DNA of 62,664 nucleotides, counting the filler, from Choristocarpus tenellus KU-1152 (Eukaryota; Protista; Phaeophyceae): NCBI GenBank assembly GCA_964200185.2. It is 13 parts of 13 records of this genome, joined end to end, with 100 filler letters (N's around TTAATTAATTAA, not from the genome) between each part and the next. Parts side by side here need not be neighbours in the genome. Positions count along the whole stretch, not along the records: positions 50,929 to 54,244 come from CAXNAD020020859.1; positions 54,345 to 59,055 come from CAXNAD020013374.1; positions 59,156 to 62,664 come from CAXNAD020019546.1; 10 more parts are not named here. The stretch is one strand, 5' to 3'. Both the position numbers and the translations under genes were made by a program. Within the stretch, counting starts at the first letter, position 1. Each line of letters begins with the position of its first letter. The notes beneath the pieces were generated by a model. It saw only the letters and a program-made list of their open reading frames with translations. It did no database searches and was not told the origin of the DNA. This document shows positions 51,728-62,664 of the stretch, piece by piece.

Positions 51728-52189
51728 TCTGCTATCTATATTTTCAACCTCCTACCTCGAATGTGGTCTCTCACTTCTTTCTTCGTATTTTATTACAAGT
51801 TTCTATTTTTGTTTTGGTGTTTTAGGATTTGCTTCAGCCTCCAATCCGTGTCAAAGTGACAACACCACATTTTGTTTTTATCTAAAACGAGTAAAACATA
51901 AATACATGGATACTACATAATATAAGGGTCTTGCATCGTGGGTTCAAATAGTAATCCATAAAAAATGTTCTACTTGCTCAATCCTTGAGTTCAACCTTTT
52001 GCAGAATTTAAAACTGAAGCAGCAGTTAACCAGGTTGGCCTGGGGGGATCGGGTCACGTCCTGACCCTTTCAACAGAACATTTTCACAGTGTATGACTCG
52101 TAGGACACAATGTTTTAACATTATACAAAACAATGCATTTGTCTCGACAGACGAACCTATAGAGCAAATAATGGCACAATAGTGGTCCA

Positions 52190-52369
52190 GACCCAAAGTA
52201 TTTGGGAGGGGGGGGGGGTCTACACCAGAGTGTCCATTTGGACTAAAACCAGGAAAAGTGCACTTTCATTATCTATCCAACGTATGGAACCAAATCACCA
52301 AAAATCGCGACATGAAAAAATTGGCCCCAAATGGACAGCCGCCACCCCCCCCCCCAGATACTCTGACCC
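52190..52369 (+). mobile_element. MITE family B copy with 4-bp TSD TCCA
   Basis: GACCCAAAGTATTTGGGAG(G)n...(C)nAGATACTCTGACCC, flanked by TCCA at 52186-52189 and 52370-52373. Confidence 0.85.
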
Positions 52370-53039
52370 TCCAGGACAACAAGCATTGTTGGCCCAAGTG
52401 TTTGCTGGACAACACAAGGTATAGACCAAATGATCCTGAGCACTGTCCCGGATAATGGAACTCATGGAGCTATTGACCTTCAAGTGTTGACCGTGACAAC
52501 AGATGCTGCGGGTCAAATGGAACTGAGTGTTTGCTGGACAACAGACAATAAGAAGCAGATGGGACTCGAGTAAGTTGCCTTACAATGGATGCTACGAGAG
52601 AATACACGAATATTTTCGTTTTACATTGTTTCTTCATCTTCATCTTTCTGCTCCTCTTCTTTTGAAGATCATACTATGTTGAGCGAAATAATTTTAAATG
52701 GAAGTGGACCACTTAAAGGAAAAGATCGTGTCAACAGAACCATTGTTCGAGACAATGGACGTTATAGAGGAGCACAGGGTGTTTTGCACAAGATTTGTTC
52801 TAGACAACGACACTGCAAAGCAATGGTTCCCAGAACACCATCCACATAGTGAACAATGTCCCATTGACAGTCCCCTCTTGGCATAGAGATGGGATTTCGA
52901 TCAAGCTCCCCACTGCTGTTTTGTCTGGTATATGTAGTAATTATTCCCTCAGAATCTGAGCTTGTCGAAGACGAATGGCTTTCCCGTGAGTCGCTCACAT
53001 AATGTCTCCCCACCCGGGCACTCGTGCAGTATCTCTCCA

Positions 53040-54030
53040 GTTTTGAATGCCACGTCTATTATGGCAAAGGACCAATACTCATCACCAGTCCCACTTTCAC
53101 CAGTTGGCTCCGTTCAGTCTCCATGAGTTGCTTGATGGACCGTTCCGAGGTCCCGTGCTCTGGGAGGTGTGTGGTGGTGACTTCCTCCATCTGATCCCAT
53201 TGTTCCCCAGCATGCGTTGGAATCGAACAGACTCTCCAAGGTCCCCAGCACTGTCCCTACTAATGCACTTCACAACCACACCTTCTCGGGTTATTTCATC
53301 AATGTAGGCAGCAGTTGCGTCCGTTGCTGTGTGTCTGGCCCTCAAGCTGTAAATCCACTTGTCCCTGCTGCTCTCGTCAACAAATACCTGGAAGTAATTG
53401 TGTCCCTTGACGTCCAGTTGGAAGGTTCCTACCAGATCCGTGTGTGCAACCTCACCCGGGCTGTTTGGGGCCTCAACCTCTCCTTTGGTAGCCAAGTTTC
53501 TTCGATTTGCACTCCTTTTACGTAGTGGTTTCAAATCCATTCCTGTCTTCAATGGTGATCCTGTTGTTCATACCTCCATTGATCCCATGCCTTCCACAAT
53601 GATACTCTCTGCAAACAGTTGCTGACGTATTGTGACACCTGTCTTGTCTCTCTTGATCGCTAATTCCGGTCAACTTGTCTTGGGTGCCAAGGTTCCGCCC
53701 TTCATACTGCTTTGGCACTGTCCCGACTACATCGAAGCCAATCACTGGGCTGAACCTGTTGAAGATGCCCACACCCTCCTATTGGGTGAAGGCCCTGTGC
53801 TATCAACGTGACCTTGAACCGCTCAATGAATGGTCCCTTTAGGGTGTCCGTAATATCTTAAATTCAAACTTGGTCTTGACGGGTTTCCTTCCCGTTGGCA
53901 GATCCTCTCCCTCTAGAATGTTCCTTTCATCCATTCTCCCACTATCTCCTTCTCTATGACCACTTGTCATTCACACGTGTCAGATCCCATGAGTGCTTCT
54001 GACATAGAAGATGGTTCTTGATGGTCTGGA
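53040..54030 (-). mobile_element. Copia pol remnants (RT start and integrase core)
   Basis: Integrase: PGEVAHTDLVG...GHNYFQVFVDESSR...VKCISRDSAGDL...NNGIRWRKSPPHTSQS (53552-53097). RT start: PSSMSEALMG...GRKPVKTK...ERFKVTLIAQG...FSPVIGFD (about 54020-53730). Confidence 0.85.
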
Positions 54031-55299
54031 GTAGTTAGCACTCACTCCCCCAGACTCACAAGTCTTGTGCACACAACCCTTACCAAGCACCTTCCTCGCC
54101 AGGGTGCCTTCCCTGCAAGGGTTATCAAGGTCTGCCATTGTAGAAACCACCTTGGAAAGAGCAACACCTCACCCTACCGATGTTGACTGGTTGCTTGACC
54201 CTCTCCCTCAGGAGTTGGAGGCTTAACTCTAGGACCCAAAGTATNNNNNNNNNNNNNNNNNNNNNNNNNNNNNNNNNNNNNNNNNNNNTTAATTAATTAA
54301 NNNNNNNNNNNNNNNNNNNNNNNNNNNNNNNNNNNNNNNNNNNNCCAAAATGGTGCGCGGAAAGTGTCCATATGATTTTTTTGGTAAATATTACGGCACT
54401 CTTAAAGGGCCCCTTTTTGAATGGGAATCCATGCCGAAGGTGGTAGTAGGACAGTGTGTCGGGGGTAGCAATGATTTCGTTTGATCGTTGTGCACATGTA
54501 TGCCCTGAATTGGATTGCTTGCTTGAATAATTAGTGCGGTTGGTGGAGTGGTTTGATTGCCAATGGTGGAGGTGGCAGAAAAAGATAGTACTTTGAAGTA
54601 GTTTTTTCGGGGCGGCGTTTCATCATCGTTATGGATGGTTGATTGACTGAGAAGAAGACGTGTCATTTTCCCATATTATTAAATTGTTTATCAAATATTG
54701 CTATTGTCGCCAAGTAGAAGAAGAAGCTGTGCAATTACCTTGGTAGGTAATGATATTTGTTAGTAGTGAAGATAAGAAGGTGTGAAGCCTCACACGACCC
54801 CCTTTGCTGAACGTTATTACATGGTTGAAATTAGAAGGGGTCTCTTCTCATTGCTTGTTTTATTATTATATGTGCTTCCTACAGAAGTCAACAATTAAGT
54901 CAAAGTAGTTGAATTCAAATCAACAAAACCTATACATATTCCATTCATAGTTCTGATGTACTTTCTCATTAGTTACATCACATGGACTTAATCAAAATGA
55001 CTATCTCTCATACACAAAATAAGGTACACCTCACTATTATCCTATTTTGCACACTCCCCCATGAGAGTGCAGGCAATGAAAGAGTTGTTGGAACTCTCAA
55101 ACCTAAAACTCCTATTGTGCATACTCCCATTCTGCACACTTCCCCAGGAAAAATGGAATTATAAGACGTCAGATTGGTTCAATTCTCACACACATCACAT
55201 TTATCTTGTCAACGCAATAGAAGAACACTGATTACTTGAACTCAAACATAAGTCATTAATCTAGTCAACACAGTAACGTGTAATCGTGTCCCATGATAA

Positions 55300-56330
55300 C
55301 CCCTCGCTTAGTTTATGGTTAAAAATTTGAACCAGCCCCCTTTTGCTGTTTCTCTTGTTGGACGTAGCACTCTCTCCCCCAGGCTTGAAACCTATCATAA
55401 TTGAATGTCTTGTACATCCTCTTGTTGAGTGAAGTCCTTTGCTAACAACCTTCCTTGCCAGGGTGCCTCTGATATTGAAGATGGTTCTTGATAGTCTGGA
55501 GTAGATCTTATTTACTTCCCGGACTTACAAGTCTTGTACAGTCAGCCCTTTGCTGACAAGCTTCCTCTGGTTTTCTTTTCTGGGTCCAGCTAATTCCTCC
55601 GCCTGTTAAGACGGTGTCGCTCTCCTCGCCCGACAAACGATCTGAAGGTTTCCGTTACCTCCACAGTTGTAGCATATTCCTTCAAAAGAACAAGGACCAA
55701 TATGCTTGATCAGTCCACAGTTTAAACATCTTCTGTTGGTCCTGATGTCGTCTCTGGTAGGGGATCTTGTTGTAATATGGTCCGTACATTGACCAGTTGT
55801 ATCTTAGCCACCTCTTCCGCTGACCTTCTGTGTTCTCTTCCGTGAGTTTATGGTCCCAGCGGCTAGAGTGCTCCCAGGCTCCCCACAGTTAGGTCCTCCT
55901 TTCCTTTCTGGTGGAGGCTTAGTTACTGCTCTTGCTAATATCCTGCTCCCCTAGTGGCGGATACAGCAATTGCTTTTCTCATTCCGTAAGCAAGAATCTT
56001 GGGGTCTCCAATTGATGGGCATGCCACCTTCAGGGACGAGTGTTGTGATCACTGCTCTAGGTCCATAGGTAGGTCCATAGGTAGATTCTTGTGGCTCAGA
56101 TTCAGGCTCAGGCTCAGGATTGCAGCTCCGGCTGCATTGCCTCGATTAACTCTGTCATCTTGTCCCAGGGTCCCACTGCTCAATATTTGGCATGGCATAC
56201 CAGGTACCCAAAGTATCTTCTTGACCTCCAGTTCTTGCTTGTTATCGATCGTACCGTATGTCATGTCTCCTTAGCCTCCAGCTTCCAGTTGTGTCGAAGG
56301 TGCAGGTCCACTTTGTTGGGATGACGATGA
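55300..56330 (-). mobile_element. Copia remnant (gag zinc knuckles, protease region)
   Basis: RCLNCGLIKHIG..FEGICYNCGGNG at about 55740-55650 and LEVKKILWVPGMPCQILS at about 56230-56175. The stretch 55470-55540 is similar to 54000-54070. Confidence 0.65.
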
Positions 56331-56775
56331 TGATACTATTCTGACAGAAGCTACCACTGAGCGCATATAAGTATTGACATTATATGATGATCGACCTCTT
56401 TGTACGAATATCTCAGCCGTGCCCGAGATATCGTTTGTTGCGATCTGCCCCCCCCCCCACACCCTGTCAGATACGCCGATCTGCATTTATCTATTTTCTC
56501 GGGCAAGTTGTTGGACTTGTAACACATCGCAGTGGGCAAACGGAGCAAGGGGTAGGTGGGAAGCAGTCGCGGGACACACGTAGTAGGCAGTAGTGAGCAA
56601 CATGTTGCTGTCGACAGAAAGACCACGCGGGATAAAAAAGATCAACAGCGAAAAGATCAACAGCGAAAAGATCAACAATTGACTGACTGACAATGAACCA
56701 AACAAAGGAAACTCGGTAACAACTTGGTAGATCAGAAGAGTCATCAGGTGATCATGGAATAACGACAACACTCCA

Positions 56776-57222
56776 TCACCCACCATTGGCAATTAGCCTC
56801 TCTTCTGCTCGGTTGAACTCCATGTAGACACGCATCATGAAAGCGCGTTCGGGATCAAACTCTCTCTTCAGCACCGTTATTCTATGATTTCCGTCCAGTG
56901 TACGTCCTTGAATGGCAAGCGCGGTTTCGGCGGTGAGCTGGTCCCCATTACCTAAAGAGTCTCGCTGGATTACCACAGATGGAGCAAACTGCTCCGGCCA
57001 GCCTTTCTCGTGGATAGACTTGCTGACAGGCGCAAGGCCACGCTCGCTCAGTGGACGCACCATCTCCGTGCATGTGATGTTACCGATTTTCCTCCAGTAC
57101 GTGTCGAGATAGTGATGTTCTAGGAGCGAGGACATGCCCATCAGATCGCTGTCCCATGTTCTCGATCCGTGGGCAGCGCCATCGGCGGGCGGGTGGGTTG
57201 TTGTTGAGGGAATGCTGGACAT
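56776..57222 (-). CDS. ParB/sulfiredoxin-like domain protein (probably a first exon) inside the TIR element
   Basis: VRPLSERGLAPVSKSIHEKGW...APSVV...LDGNHRITVLK fits the ParBc/Srx pattern (R......L..SI...G...P..V...DG.HR..A.K). The ORF is intact for 148 codons, with a possible donor AATG|gtgggt near its end. Confidence 0.65.
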   Translation of the reverse strand: MSSIPSTTTHPPADGAAHGSRTWDSDLMGMSSLLEHHYLDTYWRKIGNITCTEMVRPLSERGLAPVSKSIHEKGWPEQFAPSVVIQRDSLGNGDQLTAETALAIQGRTLDGNHRITVLKREFDPERAFMMRVYMEFNRAEERLIANGG

Positions 57223-57319
57223 GGTGAAGGTTGGGAGGGTGTGATGGGGATCGGTAAATAACAGGTGTGCGTGGTATGTACTGAAGGGAATGAATTGAAA
57301 TGAGGTCTGAGGGATGGGA

Positions 57320-58035
57320 GGTGCTGCTTTATTTCATCTGGTCATTGGGTCCTCAAACATCAGAATTGTCTTTCCCTTGACAAATGTGTTATAAAAAATG
57401 TGATTATCAAACAGCATATGATTTCATATTGGAAAGAGAAAGAGAGTAAGAGTTTTTGTGACCTTTTCGTTTCGTACCTTTCAAACGTATTGGATCAATG
57501 AAGGATGTGGTTTGTAATTGTATTTGTTGATGTAAAGATTAGAATATTATTATTATTTAGGTGCAGCTTTGTTCCATCTGGTCGGTCGGTCATCAAAACT
57601 CAGATTTGTCTTTCCCTTGACAATTGTGTTATAAAAAATACGAATATCGAACAGCATACGATTTTGTATTGGAAAGAGACAGAGAGTAACAATTTTTTGT
57701 GATCTTTTCGTTTCGTACCTTTTAAACGTATTAAATCAACGAAGGATGTGGTTTGTAATTATATTTGTTGATGTAAGGACTAGAATATTATTATTATTTC
57801 GGTGCTGGTTTATTTCATCTGGTCGATCTGTCCTCAAAACTCAGATTTGTCTTTCCCTTGACAATTGTGTTATAAATAACACGAATATCGAACAGCATAC
57901 GATTTCATATTGAACTTGGACAGAGAGTACCTGTATTTTTGTGATCTTTTCGTTTCGTAGCGTTTCAAACGTATTAGATCAATGAAGGATGTGGTTTGTA
58001 TCTGTATTTCTTGATGTAAAGATTAGAATATCATT
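57320..58035. repeat. ~240-bp tandem repeat x3
   Basis: Units begin ggtgc.g.ttt.tt.catctggtc at 57320, 57560 and 57801. Confidence 0.92.
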
Positions 58036-58491
58036 CTAATTTTGGAAAAACCCTAACGCACGTGTCTTGGGTGTTCAACGGTAAACAAGATTAGTGCCGA
58101 TCTTGAATACCATAGATCCGCCTTTTTGTGGTCTCTAGTGTTTATTTAAATACTAAAGAGGCCAAAAAGCGAATTTAGTATTTAAATGAATAGTGGGTAC
58201 CAGTTGGAAGTGTCCTTTTAGTTTCTGAAAATTGGAAATGTGTGAGACCCATAAAGTGCATTCTTGGTATTTTTAAAAACCCTAAGAACGGTTATTACTG
58301 GATTTACTATTTTTTAAAACCCTAACGCACGTGTAAAGTGGATCTTTAGGTATTCTAGATCAGCGCTGATTGGTTTTACATAAAGAACCAATTTTTATCG
58401 CCTCAACAGTTTATGACAATCCATATGTCCAATTTGGTAAGATTTAAATATGTAGAGGGTTAGAGTTGTTTTTTGACGTTTTGATTACTGA

Positions 58492-58832
58492 ACATTGGAA
58501 ACATACAAGATGAATGAAGTATGTGCTTTGTATTTTAAACAATTTGTAAGTACGGATATAATCAGATTTACAACTTCCTAAAAACGTAATACACGGTTTT
58601 TCAGGATCATGGATCTCAGGGTGGTCCCACCGATAGCCCAGTGCTCAAACAAAGTTGGTTTCGGAACGTTGGAAACTTACAAGATCAATGAAGTATGTGC
58701 TTTGTATTTTAAACAATTTGTAAGTACCGATATAATAGGATTTAGCACTTCCTAAAACCGTAATGCACGGATTTTCAGGATCATGGATCTCAAGGTGGTC
58801 CGACGGATTGCGCGGAGCTCAAACAAAGTTCA
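58492..58832. repeat. ~174-bp tandem repeat x2
   Basis: ac.ttggaaac.tacaagat.aatgaagtatgtgctttgtattttaaacaatttgtaagtac...caggatcatggatctca.ggtggtcc at 58492 and 58666. Confidence 0.92.
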
Positions 58833-59604
58833 TACGCCCGGCTTCGAATCTCATCACTCCTAGACCTTCTCACTGCCCGAGACTGCCTGTTGCCCGAAAA
58901 CACCATGACAAGTCCCAACAACTTGCCCGAGAAAATAGATAAATGTAGATCGGTGTATCTGACAGGGTGGGGGGGGGGGGGCAGATCATATCTCAGGCAT
59001 GACTGAGATATCCGTACAAATAGGTCGATCATCATATAACATGGTAGCTTCTTCTNNNNNNNNNNNNNNNNNNNNNNNNNNNNNNNNNNNNNNNNNNNNT
59101 TAATTAATTAANNNNNNNNNNNNNNNNNNNNNNNNNNNNNNNNNNNNNNNNNNNNAAGGAGAACGGTTGAAAAGTAATGAATAATTACCGAAGCCCAATG
59201 TTTTTTCTTTTTGCCCCTTCCCCCCCCCCCCCCCCCTCCTTTTACTGTGCTTCTTTACATCGTGATTAAATTCATGGGTAAATACGAAAAATCTTTTCCA
59301 AGGTTTGAAAGGATCACTTTGCATGAGCAGAATGCGCTGGGGTTTGTGCAAGATTTCCTTCTAGGATGTTTTAATGCCAAGTCACACTCTCTTTGCCTCC
59401 AAATTCAATTGGTTCAGCACAGTTTCTTCTACTCATTAACCATGTCCTTGTCAGTCAGTGATCTCTGTCCATTTGAGATAGATGTCCTTCAAGATTTGAA
59501 TAGTACTCGATCTTCATGCGGTGACATTGATGCCTACTACCTCTCCTTCATCTGAAAGGGGCTTGTGAAATGTGAAAAGTTTTCCTTAAGGTGCCCTCTC
59601 TCAT

Positions 59605-59802
59605 GTTGTTTTTTTTTATGACATTTTCCTACTCCAAAATGTTTTGGGAGTAGATAAAATGTGTACGTTATATAAGGGTGTGTCTGAAACAAGGATATTG
59701 ACAATTCCTAACAAACACAACAGCCAATATTACATCAAAATCGCAACATTGGATTTTGACCCCCCAAATGGACGCCGCCCTACCCTCTAAGATACTTTGG
59801 GG
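59605..59802 (+). mobile_element. MITE family A, 5'-truncated copy
   Basis: ttttatgacattttcctactccaaaatg...gcaacattggattttg...ccctctaagatacttt. Another partial end lies at 34564-34626. Confidence 0.8.
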
Positions 59803-59989
59803 CGCGCCTGATTCACAAATTATCCGCGTGTGACCCTGTGGGAGGCATGGGTCTCCTGTAGCAGTTGACAATAGACAGGACGTACATATTTGATGAGATT
59901 GCAATTAAGTTGATCACGGCTGGAAAGAGGACCTTTAATTCCTCAATACTGCTGTGAGAGAGTAAATGAAAGTTCTTGTGAATAGTACG

Positions 59990-60020
<31 letters not shown>

Positions 60021-60702
60021 TGCTCCACCTNNNNNNNNNNCTAGTGCGGGGGGGGAAAGGAAAGGAATTTTTTTTGGTAAGGGTGCGGGGGGGGGGGGGG
60101 GGGGGGTGAGTGTGGGGTACTTCAACTTAGGACGAGCCCTTAGAGCTGCAGAGTGGTCCAGGGCGCTTGATGGGCACTCGCAGCTTCTATAGCTCGGTTC
60201 AATTTTTTGTTTCCAAGGCACTCTTCGTGATTATGGTATTGTACTGACGAATGAAATCGTGAACAAAGCTGGCACTTCAGAGGATGAAGTAGTGGGTTAA
60301 AGCTCTTTTGAAGTACAAGCTAAATTGAGCTACGGTTAGGTGGTGTAACAAGTAGGTTTAGTGTTTGTATCAGATCCGTAGGATGAGTCAAGCGTTAGCG
60401 ATGTTGTGAGCATGACTCAGGGTTTTGGAGGTTCGGAGGGTGGACCCATTTTGGCGGAACAACTCGTTGTGTGTATGAACAACCCAATCATTGACCCAGG
60501 CTATCAATTTTCATCCCTTACATGTTTTTATGTGACACTTACTTCTCCCCCCCCCCACACACACACACACACACTCATACACATGTACACACATTCTCCC
60601 TACCTGAAAATCTATTCTGACTTGCCAGTGGTTACCTTCCCCATCCTACCCTCTGCCACCACCTTTTGAACAACCGGTTCCTTGTCCCCTTTTTCCTCTC
60701 AG

Positions 60703-61016
60703 TATGCATACTCCAACAAATACAAGCAGCATTTGTTGATCATTGCAGCTGGTCGAAGTCCCCTATTTTATTCTATTCTGAGACTTGATCCTTGTCAACA
60801 GCTCTCTCAACAACTTCCACCACCTTAACCCTTCCATCCCACTCGGACAGGCTGGGATTTAGTGTTACCTACTACTCTGAGATGTCGCCAAGGAAGGACC
60901 AAGGCCTGCCGGTGCCTGGACAGCTTCTTGCTTTTGTCAAGAAGACGGGGGGGGGAATGATGAGAGGGAAGAGGGGGGGGAAGGGTTGGGGATTGCCGTT
61001 GAGGATCTGGTGTTGA
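60703..61016 (+). CDS. Possible 3' exons of a SAM-dependent methyltransferase (COG4976-like C-terminus)
   Basis: YAYSNKY and LGFSVTYYSEMSPRKDQGLPVPGQLLAFVK resemble the RYAHS..Y...GF.V.......R...G.PV.G.L...K ending. The exon join is not resolved. Confidence 0.35.
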
Positions 61017-62664
61017 ACTCAAGTACAGACCAAGAGTTGTGATTGGTGGGATTGGGGGTTGAGGTAGAGATATTGAGGGGGAGAATGGTTAGTGCTGTTA
61101 TTGTGCGTTTCATTTGAGTGCTGTTGCTTGCCTTTCAGTACCTCATGTGGGTGATACGTTTGGTTGACTTGTTGTGTAGATCAACCGAAACGAGAGTGTT
61201 TTGATCTTTGTCACAGTTTTGGAACTGGGAAGGGAGATGGGAGACGGATCTGGCATAGTTTCATAGGTTACGACATTGGAGATTTGAGAATTGTTATTCT
61301 ATTTGTCTAGCTCTCCCGATTGATTTCATAGCAGGTTCATGGTTTCTATGGCAATTCTCGAGGACCTGAATACTGGTGGGGATGGCGTAACCACCACATT
61401 GCCCCATTACAAGATGTATGCGGTTCACCCTGCCTACATTGTAGCACCCATTCTAGAGGGAGAACAGACACTGGTATACTTTCACGTGTGCATGCATACC
61501 TTCAGAGTGTATGACCATACGCAGTCGATGTGTTTTTTGTTAGGTTGTGTATTTTTTAGTGCATCCCATTTTGTCTATCTCAGTCCAGAGACTGCTTAGA
61601 ATTGACTTGGAGAATACTTAAGAGGTTCAAGAATACAAGGTTTAGTTGCCCTCTGAAATTACTGTGGAACTAATAGGTAGAGACTTGTGACCATAAATTT
61701 TGCACTTCTTGGCTCAAACCAAGTATAAAAATACATGTGATGAAAGCTCAGATGATTTCTATCTGCCCATGCCCGTTGAGAATAAAAAATCTTTTGTGTA
61801 ATATTTAGTTGTAAGAGTTTTTGATTATTTGAGTTGTTGGAGTGGGTCGGAAATATGGACAGAAAGGTTGAACAGTATTGCTACAGTGATTGGTTTACAT
61901 GGGGAAATCAATACTAGGGAGAGAGGCCATGTTCAGGTGCTGTTGTTGATATGGGTAGAGAGTGCAGTATTAGTTTGATTTAGGAGTTGAAAAGTATAGC
62001 ATTTTACTGTTGGGATAAGCTATGAGGTATTTTGAAGTATTCTGGGTTCATGGCATGACCAAAGTAGAAGAGCACAGATAGTTGGGTATGTTGCTAATTT
62101 AAGTCTCTAGTGGAACCTACATGTCCATGTATGCTTCTTTATGGGGCTGAATCATTATTGACGTCTGAGTCGATGGAGGATTGAAATACGAAGGTGTTTG
62201 GTGCTCATGAGTTGATCAATATGAAGAGTTCCTTTACCAGCTCCACAGGATTTTCGTGTCTGTGTTCCCCTCTGCCATTTTCTCCTGCTTTGGATACTCT
62301 ACATCCTCCTCAGTCTGTAACCTTAGGGGAACTGCATCCTCAGATGCATTAAGGCTGTGAATAATAGTCCCATCAACACATTTTCCTTCACTATCCACTC
62401 TTCCATAGCTTTGTGTGCATGGCCAATCAACACCTTTATCACAGGGTGAACGCAACCACGTGCCGTTCTTCCCCTTCTGTGTTGTGTCCCCGTATCAGCC
62501 AAGCCTGATCTGCTCCCAAACATTGTACAAATTATAAACTACATACACAGTGCATTGTTATTAAGGAATTGGTTATGACCAGTGCATGAAAGTTGCGGTA
62601 GTTACTTGGGGCAGAATGACTGGTATGAACAGCTGATCACCAAAATTGAGGATGGAGAATAATA

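Larger units (their letters stand above)
56346..59052. mobile_element. 2.7-kb element with ~150-175-bp terminal inverted repeats
   Basis: Left end AGAAGCTACCA...ttatatgatgatcgacct...gatctgcc(C)n..ccctgtcagatac.ccgatct.catttatctattttctcgggcaagttgttgg (56346-56520) is the reverse complement, with indels, of 58908-59052, which ends TGGTAGCTTCT. Confidence 0.85.

Noticed and set aside
2588-59155. Recurrent TTAATTAATTAA palindrome
   Set aside because: It is always centred in N-runs of identical length, so it is an artificial joining linker and not biology.

Overview
Eukaryotic nuclear DNA, not prokaryotic. It shows spliceosomal GT-AG introns (mostly 0.3-2.5 kb), TTAGGG-type telomeric motifs, the flagellar gene IFT172 and many decayed transposons. 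A stramenopile or brown-alga-like source is my inference. The window is a pseudo-scaffold of 13 small contigs joined by artificial 100-bp N44-TTAATTAATTAA-N44 linkers, so adjacency only has meaning inside a contig. Genes rebuilt by hand from exon phases: a HECT E3 ligase (2 exons), IFT172 (3 exons), Y14/RBM8A and Mago nashi lying head-to-head on one contig, a complete 5-exon PEX11, a coiled-coil protein, a DUF924-like fragment, a WD40-like short-intron gene and a possible methyltransferase 3' end. Mobile and repeat content: Copia remnants, a mariner remnant, two MITE families with shared G(R)NNCAAAGTAT termini and 4-bp TSDs, a possible Sola2-like transposase fragment, and a nad6 NUMT with an internal palindromic 25-bp tandem expansion. 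There is also a 2.7-kb element with long terminal inverted repeats that carries a ParB/sulfiredoxin-like ORF plus tandem arrays. The two leads most worth checking are the divergent Y14-Mago pair and the ParB-carrying TIR element. All family assignments come from motif recognition by eye; no database searches were run.
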